A stretch of DNA of 47,127 nt from Thermoplasmatota archaeon (lineage in GTDB: Archaea; Thermoplasmatota; E2; UBA202; JdFR-43). Position numbers and translations under genes: made by a program. The stretch is taken from positions 1 through 47,127 of the forward strand of contig JAPDJQ010000036.1 of assembly GCA_029259015.1 (NCBI GenBank), in the 5' to 3' direction. Under the pieces are notes generated by a model. The model was given only the letters and a program-made list of their open reading frames with translations. It made no database searches and was not told the DNA's origin. This document shows, piece by piece, positions 43,765-47,127 of this stretch; the stretch's first letter is position 1, and each line of letters starts with the position of its first letter.

Positions 43765-44751
43765 ATGTTTGTTTCAGCAGGCGATTTAGAGAAATATGCA
43801 TACTGTCCTCTCTCCTGGTGGTTGAGTAAAAAACATAAAGTTGTTTCTAAAACAGGCGTGGCGCATCATAAAAATGTGGAGAATGAGTTAAAAGAAATAC
43901 AGAAGAAAGAAAAGAAAATTAAATTTTATGAAAAATATACTCTTTTCTTCTCCATTTCTGCTTCAATAGTTGCAATAGCAGGAATAGCTCTTCTATATGG
44001 AGAAATGGAAAACTTCTGGAAATATTTTTTCATAGTAATGTCTCTTTTGTGGCTTCTTAATTCATCTTTTTTTCTGTATAGAGCCAGCAAAGTGGAGAGC
44101 ATTTTGAAAGCCAGATATGAAAAACTTCTTTTAATATCTTCAATGGGCGCCATAATCATAGCTTTCTTTGCAATACTTTTTTCATATCCCGCAAATGCAA
44201 GTATAAGCAGATTTGCTGAAATATTGGCTCTTATATGGGTTATACTGGCTAATTTGCTTTTTTATCGCACCCTGTATATGGCAGATGAAATCATTGCCAA
44301 AAAGATAAAGTATATACCCTTGAAAGGAGAGATAGAATATGTTGGTGCAGATAGGGAAGGAAAAGAAAGTACAGGTAATGCTTACCGAGTTCCTCACCCA
44401 TCCTACACTTCAACACCAAGAATAGAACCTACAAATCTTACAATTCAACCTGGAAAATACTCTGAAGATGAACTTTTAAATGAGTTAGAAAATGGTTTAC
44501 TTATTCAAAATCTTCAAGGAGCTCACAGTAGTAACCCTGAAAGTGGGGAATTCTCTACTGTAGCAACACCTACATGGCATATTAAAAATGGGGAGATTCA
44601 ATATTCACTTAAGGGTGTGATGATTTCAGGAAACATTTACAATGTTTTAAAGAATATTCCATGTATTGGAAAAAATGTTAGAAAACTTGGTTTTCTCGTT
44701 TCACCATGGATTGTTGTTGAAAATGTTAGGGTTATAGGGAGGTTAAGCTAA
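43765..44751 (+). pseudogene. Chimeric ORF: N-terminal multi-TM protein fused in frame to only the C-terminal ~125 aa of a TldD/PmbA-family protease
   Basis: Residues from STGNAYR (44368 onward) through NLTIQPG...GLLIQNLQGAH...SGEFS...IKNGEIQYSLKGVMISGNIYNVLKNI..IG match the C-terminal end of TldD/PmbA. The N-terminal ~190 aa are unrelated: a YAYCPLSWWL motif and about four TM helices. Ile codon use flips from ATA to ATT across ~44340-44430. Confidence 0.5.
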
Positions 44752-44754
44752 AAA

Positions 44755-45126
44755 TCATTTTTTCATAGGTATTTTTGCCTCCTTTTCAACCATCTCATTA
44801 GGATAAATTTCCACCTTAGCTCCATCAGGAGTAATAAGTTTTTCAATAGTTATCTCATAGTATTCTCTTCCAGGAAGATTTAACTCCTGAATTATTTTTG
44901 GAGGGACATAAATCCATCCATCTCTAGCCTTAACTTCGCAGGTAACCTTACGATTTATTTCCTGAATAATATTTCCATCGGAATCTAAAGCCTTTACAAG
45001 TGTACATTCAACTTTACATCCCTTTTTAATGTTAAACTGTTTTTTTGTATCAAAAGGTAGGATAAAGTAAATATCAGGTGCAAAGCCTCTTGCTCTTTGA
45101 ATTATCCTTTCAGGCATGAGTTTCAC
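44755..45126 (-). CDS. Hypothetical protein with two AbrB/SpoVT-like swapped-hairpin segments (tentative)
   Basis: IYFILPFDTKKQFNIKKGCKVECTL and IYVPPKIIQELNLPGREYYEITIEK resemble AbrB/MazE-type strands. An AAGGAG SD lies upstream. Confidence 0.4.
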   Translation of the reverse strand: MKLMPERIIQRARGFAPDIYFILPFDTKKQFNIKKGCKVECTLVKALDSDGNIIQEINRKVTCEVKARDGWIYVPPKIIQELNLPGREYYEITIEKLITPDGAKVEIYPNEMVEKEAKIPMKK

Positions 45127-45134
45127 AAACTCCT

Positions 45135-45323
45135 TTAACTTTTTCTTTTGCTAAGTTCTGAAACTTCTATTATTGGTGAATGACATTGCTTACAACACCA
45201 TGTTACAATGTTAAATTTCGGCTTCAATTCAGGGAAAACTTTTTCCTCCCTATACCCCTCATATACTGGCACAAGTTTTTTACATTTACGGCAATAAAAC
45301 CTTAAACTTTCTAAATTTAACAT
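45135..45323 (-). CDS. Small zinc-ribbon protein
   Basis: 62 aa with CRKC...CKQC and a GGAGGGG SD 9 nt upstream of the ATG. Confidence 0.45.
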   Translation of the reverse strand: MLNLESLRFYCRKCKKLVPVYEGYREEKVFPELKPKFNIVTWCCKQCHSPIIEVSELSKRKS

Positions 45324-45343
45324 TAAACTTAACCCCTCCTTTT

Positions 45344-45820
45344 TTATCCTATTACAGCTAAAACTTCACCTGTTGCAACAGATTTTCCAATTGAAGCATA
45401 AATTTGTTTAACTACACCATCAGCTGGAGCTTCTATTATGTTTTCCATTTTCATAGCTTCTAATGCAAAAATAGGTTGACCTTTCCTTACTTTATCTCCA
45501 ACTTTAACATGAATTTTTACTATCGTTCCACGCATAGGAGCTTTAACAGGTGTTCCTTCAATAACTTCAGCCTTTTCTTCAGGTTTAATCTTGGCAGTTT
45601 CAGTAGTTAAAGTAGCAGTGGAAGCTGGTAGGTATTCTAGGATTTCCTGCACTTTAAAACTATAACCGTTTTTTCCTACAAAAAGGTTTATCTCATCAGT
45701 AACCTGAGAAGAAAGTTTAACTTCCTCACCTTCGCTGTTAACTTCTTCAACCTCAACAATATGTTCTTCTGAATTTGAAAAAACCTTAAACTTTCTCTTC
45801 TTTAAACTTATTCCTACCAC
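45344..45820 (-). CDS. Biotin carboxyl carrier (biotinyl/lipoyl domain) subunit of a decarboxylase/carboxylase
   Basis: C-terminal APMRGTIVKIHVKVGDKVRKGQPIFALEAMKMENIIEAPADGVV carries the EAMKM biotinylation motif. GTG start behind a GTGGGG SD-like site. Confidence 0.85.
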   Translation of the reverse strand: MVGISLKKRKFKVFSNSEEHIVEVEEVNSEGEEVKLSSQVTDEINLFVGKNGYSFKVQEILEYLPASTATLTTETAKIKPEEKAEVIEGTPVKAPMRGTIVKIHVKVGDKVRKGQPIFALEAMKMENIIEAPADGVVKQIYASIGKSVATGEVLAVIG

Positions 45821-45831
45821 CCCACTTTACC

Positions 45832-47127
45832 CTACTTTTTTTCTTGACTCATCAACTTCCTAATTGCAACTTCATACTGCTCACCAGCATATCTAATTAG
45901 ATATCTCCTACCTTTTAGGTCAGTTATTAATGGAAGCTCATCTGATGTAAACTCAGGCTTAACTTCACCCCGCAATAACTTTTCAGTTTGTAGCGGATAA
46001 ATGGCATATGAAATTATGTCCTCCTCTCTAGGTGAGAAACCTTTACTCTCTAACTCCTCCTTACACTTCTTATACATAGGTTCAAGTAAGTCCGCAGGTC
46101 TACATGTAATAACTTTATCCTCCCAATCCTTACCTAGAACAGCTTCATAAACTTCTTTAGGAATTTTTCCAGGAGGTTTTCCATACATCCCACGAATATA
46201 GTCTACAGTTTCTTTTGTAACTCTTTTATATCTACCAAAAAGCACATTTAAAACAGCTTGAGTTCCAACAATCTGAGATGTTGGTGTAACAAGTGGAGGC
46301 CATCCAAAATCCCTTTGCACCCTTGCAGTTTCAACCAGAACTTCAGGTAACCTATCTATTGCACCCTGCTGTTCAAGTTGAACTATGAGATTACTCATCA
46401 TACCTCCAGGGATCTGATGCATTGTGACTGATGGATCCGCTATTCTAGCTTCATCCCTATGCAGATGTGCATACTTTTTCCAAACTTGTAAAAAGTATTT
46501 TCTGCACTCCATTAATAATTCCATATCGTATCCTGGGTCGTAAGGAGTTCCCTGCAATGCTGCAACTACAGATTCTGTTGGAGGATGCCCTGTTCCACAT
46601 GAGATAGCCGAAATAGCACAATCAATTATGTCAACTCCAGCTTCACATGCCTTCATATAACCCATCATAGTCATACCGCTTGTTGTATGAGAGTGAAGGT
46701 CGATTGGTACTCTTATTCCCTCTTCCTTGCACCTATATATGATTTCGTAAGCTCGTTTAGGAGAAATTATTCCAGCCATATCCTTAATACATAAGGAGTC
46801 GCAACCCATCTGCTCAAGTTTTTTAAAATTTTCAACATAATAATCAACCGTATGCACTGGACTTATGGTGTAGCATAAACATCCTTGTGCATGAGCACCG
46901 ATTCTTTTAACAGTTTTTATTGGGACCTCCATATTTCTTAAATCATTTACAGCGTCAAATATCCTAAAATAATCACAACCATTCTTGTGGGCTAGCTCTA
47001 TAAACTTGATTACAATATCATCTGGAAAATTTCTATAAGCTACAATATTCATAGCCCTTTCCAGCATTTGCATTGGAGTATTAGGCATGGCTTCCTTTAA
47101 CCTTTTAAGTCTCTCCCAAGGATCTTC
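45832..47127 (-). CDS. Oxaloacetate decarboxylase alpha / pyruvate carboxylase B-type carboxyltransferase subunit (5' end beyond window)
   Basis: The reading frame stays open to the window edge (EDPWERLKRLKEAMPNTPMQMLERAMNIVAYRNFPDD). Also FRIFDAVNDLRNM, CIKDMAGI, IDLHSHTTSGM (HxH metal site), and PGGMMSNL. Confidence 0.9.
   Translation of the reverse strand, partial: EDPWERLKRLKEAMPNTPMQMLERAMNIVAYRNFPDDIVIKFIELAHKNGCDYFRIFDAVNDLRNMEVPIKTVKRIGAHAQGCLCYTISPVHTVDYYVENFKKLEQMGCDSLCIKDMAGIISPKRAYEIIYRCKEEGIRVPIDLHSHTTSGMTMMGYMKACEAGVDIIDCAISAISCGTGHPPTESVVAALQGTPYDPGYDMELLMECRKYFLQVWKKYAHLHRDEARIADPSVTMHQIPGGMMSNLIVQLEQQGAIDRLPEVLVETARVQRDFGWPPLVTPTSQIVGTQAVLNVLFGRYKRVTKETVDYIRGMYGKPPGKIPKEVYEAVLGKDWEDKVITCRPADLLEPMYKKCKEELESKGFSPREEDIISYAIYPLQTEKLLRGEVKPEFTSDELPLITDLKGRRYLIRYAGEQYEVAIRKLMSQEKK

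Noticed and set aside
43765-44340. Annotating the N-terminal half of the chimeric ORF as a Cas4 nuclease
   Set aside because: Only a single Cys-containing N-terminal motif is reminiscent of Cas4. The PD-(D/E)XK core and the C-terminal Cys triad are absent because the protein is truncated, and the TM helices are atypical. No CRISPR or cas context exists.
45820-45832. Frameshift or pseudogenisation of a fused OadA/PycB biotin domain
   Set aside because: The carboxyltransferase ends at a clean stop. The carrier has its own GTG start behind a GTGGGG SD-like site 12 nt later. This is consistent with a genuinely split gene rather than a frameshift.
1-47127. Prophage, integrated plasmid, toxin-antitoxin or known defence-system signatures
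   Set aside because: I recognised no integrase, transposase, capsid or terminase, tRNA attachment site, restriction-modification, Cas, or classical TA pair. Mut7-C and the Orc1 paralogue are the only loosely mobile-element or defence-associated folds, and neither is in a recognisable system context.

Overview
AT-rich, gene-dense chromosomal window from an archaeon. Lineage markers are FEN-1, Orc1/Cdc6, archaeal-type PheRS-beta and ProRS, CDP-archaeol synthase, RNase P Pop5 and archaeal phosphopantothenate synthetase. Shine-Dalgarno-like GGAGG/GGTG sites and TATA boxes about 25 nt upstream of starts are visible. All family calls come from reading motifs in the translations by eye, with no alignments or database searches. 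I recognised no rRNA, tRNA, CRISPR array, IS element or integrase.

Layout:
- 1-1.6 kb: secreted PKD-like and FG-GAP surface proteins.
- 1.6-13 kb: housekeeping genes (CoA synthesis, a CBS-coupled CPA2 antiporter, methanogen-type SerRS, FEN-1). Mixed in are a tight LuxE-like ligase / transglutaminase-like / Mut7-C operon and a B12-radical-SAM plus GT2 pair.
- 13-15 kb: an orphan PAS histidine kinase.
- 15.4-23.1 kb: an oxidative-stress and cysteine island. It holds two ferritin-like diiron proteins, Lrp, peroxiredoxin, ferritin, desulfoferrodoxin, 2-Cys Prx, rubrerythrin, a small wHTH protein, CysE, CysK and a flavodiiron protein. Candidate operator repeats sit in its promoters.
- 23.1-30.9 kb: an accessory-looking block. 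It holds a secreted AttH-like protein, a double-wHTH protein and a 1358-aa surface protein behind a promoter bracketed by a perfect 15-bp GC-rich inverted repeat. An Orc1/Cdc6 paralogue translationally coupled to a QueH (DUF208) homologue follows.
- 31-37 kb: a PaaK/F390-like ligase, two more radical SAM proteins and a Zn-ribbon/PUA/PP-loop/ferredoxin protein.
- 37-43.7 kb: PheT, membrane proteins, CarS, ProS and Pop5.
- About 44.3-44.4 kb: a breakpoint inside one ORF. An N-terminal membrane protein is fused in frame to only the C-terminal part of a TldD/PmbA protease, and codon usage changes at that point. The last ~2.8 kb (oxaloacetate-decarboxylase/PycB-type carboxyltransferase, biotin carrier, two small proteins) therefore looks like foreign or mis-joined DNA.

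Best candidates for something undescribed, all hypotheses:
- the LuxE-like/transglutaminase/Mut7-C operon
- the Orc1-QueH gene pair
- the convergent radical-SAM and PUA-PP-loop pair
- the inverted-repeat-bracketed promoter with its giant surface protein
- the chimeric junction
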